Origin: Eledone cirrhosa
Taxonomy: Eukaryota
NCBI GenBank assembly: GCA_964016885.1
Contig: OZ024750.1
Span: 7,316,001 to 7,380,000 of the forward strand
Direction: 5' to 3'
Length of the DNA: 64,000 bases
Positions 52,683 through 64,000 of this stretch are shown here, piece after piece (position 1 is the first letter of the stretch; each line of letters begins with the position of its first letter). The notes beneath the pieces were generated by a model, which searched no databases, was not told the origin of the DNA, and was given only the letters and a program-made list of their open reading frames with translations. The position numbers and the translations under genes are program-made.

Positions 52683-52899
52683 TGATGTGCATGGAGGATG
52701 ACCGCTGGGTTAAGAAGTGTCAAGAAATCCCAGTAGAAGGAAGATGCAGTCGAGGAAGACCACGAAAAACATGGGTGGCCTCAGATCGCTGAAGCTCGGA
52801 GGAGATGACAAAGGACTGTGACGAATGGAGAGATATTGTGCTGAATAGGACCTGTCCCACCCTTGCAAGCAGGGAAAAGCGGATGTAAAATGGTGATGA

Positions 52900-52902
<3 letters not shown>
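52683..52902 (+). mobile_element. RTE-clade LINE 3' end (second tail variant)
   Basis: MEDDRWVKKCQEIPVEGRCSRGRPRKTW; tail gtcccacCCTTGCaaGCAGGGaaaagcggatgtaaaa(tga)n. Confidence 0.75.
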
Positions 52903-52935
<33 letters not shown>

Positions 52936-53208
52936 TTGGCTGTCAACATGGCCTTCAGCATGATGATTTTCTTATTACAGGCATTTGCTTATGTCAGGTC
53001 TGTATAATTTCTTTATTGTGGGCTCTCAGGTTACAACATAACCTGGAATTTATTTTTCAATTCTATTACAAACCTGGCCCAATTATCCCAAATGGAATTT
53101 CCCACTATTTGTATGCCCCAATGGTTATAAATGTCAGCAGTGTTTAAGTGGTGCTTATGTAATTGCATGCACATAAACTTTCTGTGTTCACTCAGGATGT
53201 TTTTTATA

Positions 53209-53264
<56 letters not shown>

Positions 53265-53646
53265 GGTGGTAGATTTAGCAGAGTTGTTAGAGCACTGGAT
53301 ATGTTTCCGGTTCTCTGCACTCTGGGTTCAAAATTCCACCTTTCAACCATTTGAGGTTGATAAATAAAGTACCAGCCCATTACCATGGATCTCAAAAATT
53401 GTCACACATCAAGCGATGCCTGAGCTTGAAGCTTTTTTAAGTGAGGAAAGGTTTTGTACGGGGGGCCAATTCCACTCTCTGAACATCAAATGCATTTGCT
53501 CAAATAGAAGTTTACATCATTGGATACAAACAAAGTCACATACATACCTATAGCCGTATGAATATAAATGTGTGTATTCCAAAGCTGATATCATTAGCAA
53601 GTGTAAGGTTTAAAATATTTATCTACATAATTATGACAGTAAAGAT

Positions 53647-54193
53647 AAAAACCAGGTAAATGCTTGCTAGTAACTTATTTGATATACAAAGAAACATTCA
53701 CATGAAATATTTATTAGATTTATTCCCATAACTAACGTTTTTTTTGTCAGATAAGCATTGTTTTATTATTTATTCTATATTTTAAATGTCACCCTTTCAG
53801 GAGATATATTGTTATAGCAGGAATGAAGTTGGCACTGTTTATTATCCATTAAGTGTCATCATTATTGAAATTATGAACTGAAGCCAAAAGTGGAAAGTTG
53901 TTCTAATCTTTTTATTTGTGTTTTCTAGTGTTTTCTATATAATGTTAACAATAATATCATATCCACAGAGGTCAAATTTGTCTTTCATCATTTCAGGGTC
54001 AATAGAATAAAGTACCAGTCCTGGGTGGAATGGGGTGTGGTAATTATATATTATATATATAAAAACCAGGTAAATGCTTGCTAGTAACTTATTTGATATA
54101 CAAAGAAACATTCACATGAAATATTTATTAGATTCACTCCCATGACTGGCGTTTTTTTTTGTCAGATAAGCATTGTTTTATTATTTATTCTAT
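53647..54193. repeat. ~132-bp direct duplication (53647-53778 and 54061-54193)
   Basis: aaaaaccaggtaaatgcttgc...ttatttattctat present twice with few differences. Confidence 0.9.
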
Positions 54194-54277
54194 TGACTGT
54201 AGGTTTCACTTTGTACTTAGGCACACAGTAATACAGAAGACCCGCCTTGCCTAAGTACAAAGCGAAACCTACAGTCA
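54194..54277. repeat. 30-bp inverted repeat (1 mismatch) with 24-nt spacer
   Basis: tgactgtaggtttcactttgtacttaggca / tgcctaagtacaaagcgaaacctacagtca. Confidence 0.9.
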
Positions 54278-54338
54278 GTAGGCACCTTTTAACAAAAATA
54301 CACACCCGTCCCACTACCCCACCCCATCCACACCACCT

Positions 54339-54634
54339 CTTTCAATGTAAAGTTATGTTAGTACCACAACATCTAGGCCAAAACAAATGAGGTGGTGTAG
54401 GTGTCACGTCAAAAAAACACACAGTCCACGCTGTAATGTGGCCGTGTAGGTAACATGGTAAAAAACCTCCCAGTCCACACTGTAAACGTGGTTGGTGTTA
54501 GGAAGGGCATCCAGCCGTAGAAAACCTGCCAGACAGTCCAATACGAGCAAGACAACCAATCTTGCCTCAAGTGGGAAAATTCCCGTCCAAACCCATGCAA
54601 GCGTGGAAGATGAACGTTAAACGATGATGATGAT
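54339..54634 (+). mobile_element. Non-coding RTE-tailed retroposon without a tRNA head (family C); copies 4688-5000(+), 12938-13365(-) and fragments at 10513, 11920, 45494, 57500, 61600
   Basis: Shared 5' tgtaaagtt..accacaacatc, internal gttaggaagggcatccagc, 3' cccatgc..gcgtggaagatg..gttaaa(tga)n. Confidence 0.75.
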
Positions 54635-54913
54635 ATATATATATATATAGTAATAATAATAAATGTGAAGACTAAAATCCAAAGAGCGCTCGATAAGGAT
54701 AAATATATATCAAATATATAAGATCCCGTTAAGAGTGAAAGCAGCGATTCTTTGCTTAAACTTTAATCTATTATTTTAATAAATAAATAAATATATATAA
54801 ATATGTATTAGCATTATTTTCACTATTACCATGCTAATTTTTGATATTTTTGATGTGCAAACTTCCAATAGGGCTTAATTTCTGTGTAATAGAAAGTGGA
54901 TATGTGTATTGTA

Positions 54914-54947
<34 letters not shown>

Positions 54948-55274
54948 ACATATATACATGTATATATTGTACCTTTTGATTTTTAATTTGGAATTTTAAT
55001 GTTGGTATAGATATATTATTATTATAATGTATTATACTGTGTTATATATAACTCCTGCTCTATATAACCAAATTTGTTTAGATTTAAGTTGGTGACTTTG
55101 GACTATATTTGTAATATGGTTCTTAATGTTATCTACATCCTTAGTTATTATAATTTTATTATTTTTATCTTCATTTTTATTATCGTATATCTTTGTAAGA
55201 CATTAGTGTATGTAAACTCCATATTCTTCAGAGTTTCTGGCTTGTATCTGCCGAAATTACCTCTTGTTGTTTTG

Positions 55275-55319
55275 ATTGCCCTGATGAGTCCTTAATAGGA
55301 CGAAACATTGTCGGCTAAT
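55275..55319 (+). ncRNA. Minimal type I hammerhead ribozyme motif, canonical core
   Basis: attGCC-CUGAUGA-GUCCU(uaau)AGGAC-GAAA-C(auu)G-UC-GGCuaau; GUC triplet, predicted cut after 55312; AATAAA follows immediately. Confidence 0.85.
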
Positions 55320-55435
55320 AAAAACTTTTGATGTATTAAAGGATTCTTTGTTTTACTCTCTAAATATATATATATATATGTTCCGAAGAGAATGTTTATG
55401 TAACATCAGCATTATTATTATTTTTGTTATTTTTG

Positions 55436-55483
<48 letters not shown>

Positions 55484-55959
55484 AGAGAGAGAGCGAGAGA
55501 GGGATGAAGCAATACACAAGAGAATAAAAAGAAATGCCACCAGACTTGAAATGTTTCCCCTCATCTGTTCTTACCTATATAGATAAGAAAAAAATAACTC
55601 TTCCCTTGTTTTAAATTTTCTTATACCATAATCTTCTTTTTTTTTTTCTTACAGAGATTTGGTCAAAGGTAGTCTATAAATTCTACATATGAGCAGTGAA
55701 CAATTTTTTTTCTCCTGACCTGGACTGGAAATGGTCTAAATTCCCCACCTCTCTTCCTATGGCCAATGAATTTAGAGGAGTCAATATTAAAACTTTGTGA
55801 GTTAATGGGATGTTTATCTGCCGGTTGAAAGGGCAACTTCTTTCCAATCATTGAGTCAAAAGGAGACAAAACTTCATACTGAACGGTGCGCTTTGTGTAC
55901 TGCAGGACGTTAATTTCCAGTGCTGGGAGTCCCTATATGCAGTAGTACCTCATTAAATC

Positions 55960-56165
55960 TAATCCTTTAAAATCTCCATGCTTCCTGAGATTCGCCAACA
56001 CTACACCTAATATTCCCTCTCCATACACACGCACACATGTATATCATGACTCATACACTATTCACTTCCCTGACATTTGTATATTATTCTATGTACTATA
56101 CATGCACCTTTGATGAGTTGTAGTGCACCTGAGCACTGTACACAATAATTTCATTATTATTATTA
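55960..56165 (+). mobile_element. Probable LINE 3' end with (ATT)n tail
   Basis: Short coding-like end SFKISMLPEIRQHYT*, then UTR-like sequence and caataatttc(att)n. Confidence 0.35.
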
Positions 56166-57414
56166 TTTATTATAAAGTACTGTGTTGGTGGGAAGAATAC
56201 TAGAAATATTTCCATCATTACTTTTACTTCACTATACTTTCTTCAATGTCAAAATATTTCTTCTTGGGATTTACAGCCAGCAGGTTATATGTGATCTTTC
56301 TTCCCACTTAAGATTAAGAGATTAATCATCTTAAGATCAATCATTCACAGAGATTTGATCTTTGCAGTGTAAGCTTCAAATCTGTTACTTGTTACTTGAT
56401 ATCTTAACTCTGAAGAGAATATATTTATATTTTTTAACCCTTTATCATTTTCATTACACTATATTTACTATCATATTTTCATGGTAAAGGCTTTACCTCA
56501 CATAATATGGAATCTATGAGATTTTCATGATGTTATTATTTATTTTGCGAACACTATCTTAATGTTTGTATATGTGGCCAGTTATGGCCAGTTTGAACAG
56601 TAAGTGGTGAGAGAATTCTGACCGGATATTGCCAGTTTAAATACTAAAGGGTTAATCAAGCATGTGAGTAGCAAACTATATCAGTGCTTTGCCTAAGGTG
56701 TTTCACAGGTTTCATGATTAGATATATACTCTTCACCAAAAATCCGAATACCTTATCCATTTGATTATTAACATAACTAAAAAAATTAAGACAAAATATT
56801 TATTTATTGAATGTTATATATATATATTTTTTTACTTAGAAAAGAAAGCGAAAACCAATTGAATTCTTTAGAAAAAACAGAATAGAAGAAAAAAAAAATT
56901 GAAAAGGACTTCTGGATATAGAAAAAGAATTATGACATTTAGATTGAGCTTTTCTCTAGTAGACAGAAGTCTCATGTAAGCAAAGTCAGAACCAGTTTCA
57001 TTTCCCTGTTGGAATCATTTCACTGTAAATTTCTCATTAAAAATGTACTATATTTATTCTCATGGAAAATATATATATAACTTTTATTCATTTCCATTTT
57101 TCTTTGCATATAATTAGAGAATGTTTTACGAACGGAAAAGAAAAAAACCCCCCAAAACTAGTTTTAGAAAGAAAAAAAATGTATAGTATTGTGGTGCCCC
57201 AGCATGGCCTCAACCTGTAATATTATGAAAAAGAATGGTGCAGGCTCTGTACATAATTAATCCATTTATAACAACACTTTTTAAAAAAAATGAAACTCCC
57301 CTTTCCTTTGTTAATAAAAGTTTATACATCATTGTTGATAGGAAAATCCATCATCACATCATCATCACATGATCACCAAATCATCATCATCACATCATCA
57401 TCACCAAATCATCA

Positions 57415-57449
<35 letters not shown>

Positions 57450-58367
57450 CCAAATCATCATCATTACCACCAAATCATCATCACCATCACCAAATCATCA
57501 CATCATCATCATTTAATGTTCATTTTCCATGCTTGAATGGATTAGACGGGTTGTCCATGTGTACAAATCCGGCCAGTTGGCTGTGCCACACCTTGTTCAA
57601 ATGGAACTGTATTTTGGTTGGGACTTTTTACAGCTGGATGTCCTTCTTAACACCAACCAAGTTTACAGTATGGAATCGTGTGTGTATCTATGTGTCTATT
57701 TGTCTGTCTCTCTCTCAGATTGTATCATCATCATCATCATCATCATTTTACGTCTGCTTTTCCCTGCTTGCAAGGGTGGGATGGGAACTGATTCTGGGTT
57801 GATTTCTACAGCTGGATGCCCTTCCTAACACCAACCTCATTTACAGTGAGTGTTGGGAGCTTTTTTGCCGTGGCGCCTACACGTCCACTTTGCAGTGGAA
57901 TGATAGGGACTGCAGCTGAGTAAACTGGAGCAATATGAAATAAAGTGTCTTGCTCAAGGAAACAACACATCACCCGGTCTGAGAATTGAACTCACAATTG
58001 CAAGGCCAAAGCTCTAACCACTAAGCCATGTGCCTCCATGTATATATATACACACATATATATACATATGTATATATGTATATATATATTTGTATTTATA
58101 TATAGGACTAGTGTCTGAAATGTTAAGATTCTTTTCCTACTATTTCAAGCGTTAAACTAATATATTTCTTCAATGTACTGTGTCGTTTGCTTTGTTATTG
58201 TTTACGTTTCACACACACATATTGATATATTTATGTATGTATACATATATACATATATATGTATGTAAAAAGTAAACAGAAATAACAACACAATCAGTAC
58301 AGTATATGGAAGGAATATATTAGTTTAACACTTGAAATAGTAGGAAGAGATATTTAGATTGGTATAT

Positions 58368-58422
<55 letters not shown>

Positions 58423-59671
58423 GATATATTGATATAGATATTGTCAGATAAACATATTGATATAGACGTTACAGTATAGATTTATTGATTATTTGATGGA
58501 CTTATTGATATAGACACTATCAGGTAAACACTTTGATATAGACATTAGTAGATGAATATATTTATATACTTATTACCAAGTGGACATATTTATAGAAATA
58601 TTTCAACATGAATATATTGACATTGAAAGTAAGTAGCAAATGAACAACAACCAACTTCCTTATTGATGATTTTATAATTAGACAACAAACATTTCTGATA
58701 GGTAAAGTAGAGAAATGAGCAGTATATGAAACTATTCCAACTGGAAATCAAACAAAAGTGATGTCTTTATTTGCTAAAGATTCACTCCACATTGCATGAC
58801 CGACAGTTTCTTCAATAACAATAATAGTTGGCAGAAGGCCACAAATGTGTGATGAAGATAGTAGAGTCAGTTCTTGTAACAATACAGAAACAACTGTGCT
58901 AACATTTGGTATGCTCAAATAACACTCTCACCTCAGTTCAGTAATCTTCAGCAACTCCCTAAAGGTTGTATTTGGCATAACTAGCTCTGATGAAAGTTAT
59001 TTTCAGAAAATTCCCAGAGACTCTCTTCTCTATGTATAAAACAAACCGAAATAAATGCTTTCTTTAGCAACCTGTCGGAGCAGATTTATCCAATAAAAAG
59101 CAACATTATTCTCTTGTGTTTCAGTGTATTTTCAAGCATATAAGCTATATTTAAAATATCTGGATCTTGGCAGCATTTGGTTTACATCTTTTATTTACTG
59201 CCATGAAACAAAAAATAACAATTCATAAGTAAACTTTTTTACATTTACAGGTATTCTTTCTTTGTTATATATTAACGTGGGTGTTTTGATATGTTTAGAA
59301 ATGCATGACTTTACATGAACTGTTGGAAACAATTGTTTCACAGATGATTGCTTTCTTAACATTAATCATTCCATTTATGGTTGATTGAGGTAAATTATGT
59401 AATTACTGTTGTTTAGTTCCAAGTCAGTCATTACTGAGCAATCTATTATAAAACCATTACAATCTCATCTTCCTATGTGCAAAACCTTAAAACAAATACT
59501 TTAAATGTAATCTGATATACATATATATATATATCATCATCATCATCATCATCATTTTACGTCCGCTTTTCCCTGCTTGCAAGGGTGGCACATATATATA
59601 TATATATACATACATATATATATATGATGATGATTTCTCCCGAATGAAACATTTCTAGTCCTGTAGAAGCC

Positions 59672-59703
<32 letters not shown>

Positions 59704-59791
59704 GTATGTAAAAAGTAAACAGAAATAACACAATCGGTACAGTATATGGAAGGTATATATTAGGTTAATGCCTGATGTAGAAGGAAGAGGG

Positions 59792-59827
59792 TCTTAACGT
59801 TTCGGACGCTAGTCCTTCATCAGAAGA
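59792..59827 (-). ncRNA. Minimal type I hammerhead motif with loopless palindromic stem III
   Basis: UCUU-CUGAUGA-a-GGAC(uagc)GUCC-GAAA-CG-UU-AAGA; sits in a repeat also seen at 58104-58350. Confidence 0.7.
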
Positions 59828-59958
59828 AAGAATGAGAAATAAGATAGATTGAGGGGACGGGTGGGTTGGAATTGGAAAAAATGTCTTTAGATAAAAATAA
59901 CAGGTCCATTCATGTTGACATCTCTTGCAAAACTGTTGGTGCTGGCGTTTTGTGTATG

Positions 59959-60007
<49 letters not shown>

Positions 60008-63000
60008 ATGAGGCTAATGCCAGTATATCTATATATGTAACCAAAACTCGAAATAACCTTTTGGATCAATTAAAAAAATTCTAATTGTAATATATTTTAT
60101 TGAAGAGTTGCCACTCTTATTGTACATTTAAAATCAAATCTATTAGCTTTATTTATAATTGTATAAATAACATTACAAATGGAGAAGAACAGATCTGGCT
60201 GTGTGTGAAAGTTGAGGAAAGGAATATAATAGCCAGAAAAGGAGAGGAAAAGCAAGGACTCTAGGGCGAGAGAAGAAAAGGAGGGAGCTTTATTCAAAAC
60301 ACACAGCTCATCCTCTAGTTACCATCTTCTTTTTCCGGTCTCCATCTTTGAAGTTAAATTCACTATTTTGTCACTGCAGCTTGCTAATCTAACTATTGTT
60401 CTTATCACACTATTGTTACAGAAATTCTAACAAAATGAAGGAAATATTGTTTTACAAATTGCATGGAAAATAAATGAAAGTATTTTCATATTTTTCTATC
60501 TAGTTTTATAACTTTATTTTGCTTATAAATATTTAAAAGTTATTTAATTAAAAAAAAAATTATTTCACTTTTTATTTATTTTGATCTTTTTTATGAATGT
60601 TTAAATAAATATCATTTTATTATTTTACTATTTTTTTTTCATTTCCTTTTAATATTTTAGTATTTTATAAGTTTCAATCTTCTCTTAAAATTAAAATCTA
60701 TGAAAAGACACATAAGTTAATATTGTTCAATATATACTAATAAATAAGATAACATATATAAATATAAGATAAACCATATAAAAACCACCACATAAATGGT
60801 GGTGTTTCTTCAATGTAATGTCTGTTGCGGATATTTAAAATCATCTTAAGTGTTGAGACTCTTGTTCAGCTTATGAATCTTTCATCACCAACACACAAAT
60901 AATTACCGTGTTTCCCATATTTCCCAGTGCCAAAGACGCTTCATCCTCAAGGATGCACCCTAATTTTGACAACCAAAAATATGAAAAAAAATAATAAACA
61001 ACCTTCGGCCTCCAGGACGCATGGTAGATCTTTTAGACTTATTTTAGGAAAATAGTAGTATCTTCGACGCTGGGAAATACGGTAATTGGTAATTCATAAA
61101 ACCATTTGTTGACTACTACAGTCTGTGTGGATATACATAGATGAATGTAAACACCTTCATCTAAGTTGTTTGGATCAGGCACCAATGCATGACTCATACT
61201 ATATGAATTTCATAACTCAGTGGCTTAGTAGTTAGAAAATTGGGCTCAAAATTATGAGGATGTGAGTTCAATTCCTGGAACAGTCAATGCATTCTGTCCT
61301 TAAGCAAGATACTTTATTTCACATTGCTCTTTCTGCCAGGAGTTGTGACCAGTAAATATTTTTGAGCAATGGAAAGACCTATAGAAACATTGTTTCCTTG
61401 GTCTGATTTGATAAGTTTCACCTCAGGTTGGTAAGCAAGTAAGGTTTGGGACCTTGTCAATCTTCTCAAAGCCCCGGTAACACCCCCCCCCCCCACCCAC
61501 ATATATATATATATATATATATACGTCCCACCCTTGCAAGCAGGGAAAAGCAGACGTAAAATGATGATGATGATGATGATAAATATATATTTTATATATC
61601 ACGACAAAATGCGCCCAGTACTCATTGTAAATGTGGTTGGTGTTAGGAAGGGCATCCAGCTGTAGAAACCACACCAGAAACAGTTCTGTATGAGTAAGAC
61701 GTGGTCATCTGATCTAACCTCTCAATAGGACAACATGTCCAACCCATGCTAGTGTGGAAAAATAGACGTTAAACGATGATGATGATGATGATGATGATAT
61801 ATAAAGTCTGTGGTGCTGGGGAGACCACAAATCATGGTAGTTCTCTATGCACGGGGAGAAGCAGATTAGGTATAAAGGAAGGTAAAAAACCCGGCCACGA
61901 CACCTAGTGATTTGAGCTTGTATTTGACATTCCAGGCATGGCCATCTTGTCTTTTCTATATGCCACAGACCAGCATTATCCAATGTCAACTTTTAAGACT
62001 ATTAGCTTTGATTTGTGGGAGATTTGGTTGCTATTTCTAGCATGTTGAGCTATCATTTAGAGGTTTACTGTCTGTCTCTTACCACATTAACTACAGCTCC
62101 TTTACTTAATAGATCTAAGATATAACACCTATCATAAATGATGTTTCCTTTGTTCTTTTCTCAGTAACAATTCAAATTACTTCTTTGAAACTGGCTTCCT
62201 ATAGGAAATCCTGTTTGCCAAGTATTTCCTTCTGTTACTTACCTCCACTGTTTCCAAAAATTATTGTTTTTTTGCGCTCATATCTTCTCTACTTGTTGAT
62301 TGACTTACAAACCAATAAATGGAATCTCAATGTGGAAGTTTGTCATACTAAAAATAACAGTCAAATCCCTCTTCAATCACACCTTACTATTATAAAAAAG
62401 TAGAACAAATTATATAATTTAACTGTAAATAGTCTTGGGTCCCAAATAATAGGTGTTGGTTGGGGTTTAGAATAAGCAGAGAGGTCTCAATGTGGATGTT
62501 TTTCATGCTAGAAATAGCAGTCACATCCCTTTTAACCCTTTCATGGGCATATTTCAATTAATTAATTGTTTCTACTTTAGGCACAAGGCCAGCAATTACC
62601 CAGTGCATTACTGGTACTTTATTTTATCGACCCCGTAAGGATGAAAGGCAAAGTCAACCTCGGCGGGATTTGAACTCAGATCATAAAGGGACGTAACTAT
62701 GCTGGAAAGCATGGTGTCAAACCCTCTACCGATACTGCCAATCCACCTCCCTTTTCAATTAATTAAGGAAGAATTTTGAGGAATTTACTAAAAGTATTAC
62801 CGTATTTCCTGGCGCTGAAGACACTACTTTTTTCCTAAAATAAGTCTAAAAAATCTACCATGCATTGCTGGAGGCCGAAGGTTGTTTATTATTGTTTTTT
62901 TTTTGCGGTGGATTGGCAGTATCGGTAGAGGGTCGGACACTATGCTTTGCCACATAGAGTTACGGCCCTTGCCATTCTGAGTTCAAATCCCGCCGAGGTT

Positions 63001-63842
63001 AACTTTGCTTTTCATCCTTATGGGGTTGATAAAATAAAGTACCAGTAATGCGCTGGAATAATTGCTGGCCTTGTGTCAAAAGTAGAAATAATTATTGTTT
63101 TTTCAAATTTTTGGTTGTCAAAATTAAGGTGGGTCTTCGAGGACGAAGCATCTTTGGCACCGGGAAATACAGTAATTATCTCATTACTAAGGTAGTAACT
63201 TCATGTAAAGGTTCTTATATAAAATTATGTTGGAAGATTTTAATTTTAATTTTTGGTATATCAGGTACAATATTATTCAATGTTTTCTTCATTTTTTTAT
63301 GATTTGAAGTAGACTTGGCTGCTATTTCTAGCTTCCTTTTTGGTTTGAGAAAAAAGAAACAAAAAAAAATTGAATTCCCATGCCAGGAATTGAATTCAAG
63401 ATACCTGACTGAAAGCGAGGAATCCTAACCCCTAGAATTCCAGAATTCCAGCTGTGTATCCTATGATGTAAAAACATTTCCATGTAGAAAATTGATCTCA
63501 GAAATATCAGAACCATAAAACAACTGTTGATTATTGTAATGGTAAATTCAGTGCTATCTTGTTGCTAAAGCAATGAAAGGTTACGTATTGGATAACCTAA
63601 CTTCTTACAGTCTTCAGTATCTAACTTCATAGCTGAAGGTAATATGCAGAAATGTTCATATATCTCTACAGCTATACAGTACAAACAGAATTGCCATTCC
63701 GTTCATATTGGTTATTTACTGAAGTATAGTAATTCTTTCGGTATATTGCAACAAACCATTATAAGCTTCAAGGATATGATTGTTCAGCCAGTTGTTTTTG
63801 GCCAACTCTTATGTACATATATACGTTTACCGAATTAATTAT

Positions 63843-64000
63843 GAAGCTCCGACGCCTGGCAACTGACTTGGTAAACACCCACAAAATTGTTAACCATCTT
63901 GCCAACAACAACCCTGAGTACCTTTTTGATTTCCATGTGTCTAACACACGTGGGCATGCCCACAAAGTCAAAAAAACAACACAGCTCCTATGACTTTCGG
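63843..64000 (+). mobile_element. CR1/L2-group LINE ORF2 C-terminal fragment, running off the window
   Basis: KLRRLATDLVNTHKIV...FDFHVSNTRGHAHKVKK matches the RR..DL...KI...TRGH..K motif. Confidence 0.7.

Noticed and set aside
58780-59100. Balanced-composition island with a minus-strand gag|gtgaga donor-like site
   Set aside because: No convincing ORF, acceptor or recognisable homology.

Overview
AT-rich, microsatellite-dense animal genomic DNA. The repeat families and the channel sequence suggest a coleoid cephalopod (octopus-like); this is inference. The only credible host coding sequence is the first coding exon of the BK/Slowpoke Ca2+-activated K+ channel (slo/KCNMA1) on the minus strand (30670-31023). 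I found no further slo exon, so 1-30669 is probably intron, and candidate 5'UTR and promoter elements lie at about 31-35.5 kb. The rest is transposon-derived: two tRNA-headed SINE types, RTE, Rex3/Expander, CR1 and CRE LINE fragments, a decayed Ty3/Gypsy pol, a complete non-autonomous Helitron, piggyBac-, Tc2- and hAT-type MITEs (often nested), and minisatellites. The most notable signal is a dense set of type I hammerhead-ribozyme motifs: 7 near-complete plus several decayed copies, in several sequence families, probably from Penelope-like elements. Some sit inside or beside long fold-back palindromes, one family overlaps a poly(A) signal, and decayed copies show CpG-specific damage. Most ORFs in the supplied track are microsatellite artefacts. 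All structures were folded by eye; no activity has been demonstrated.
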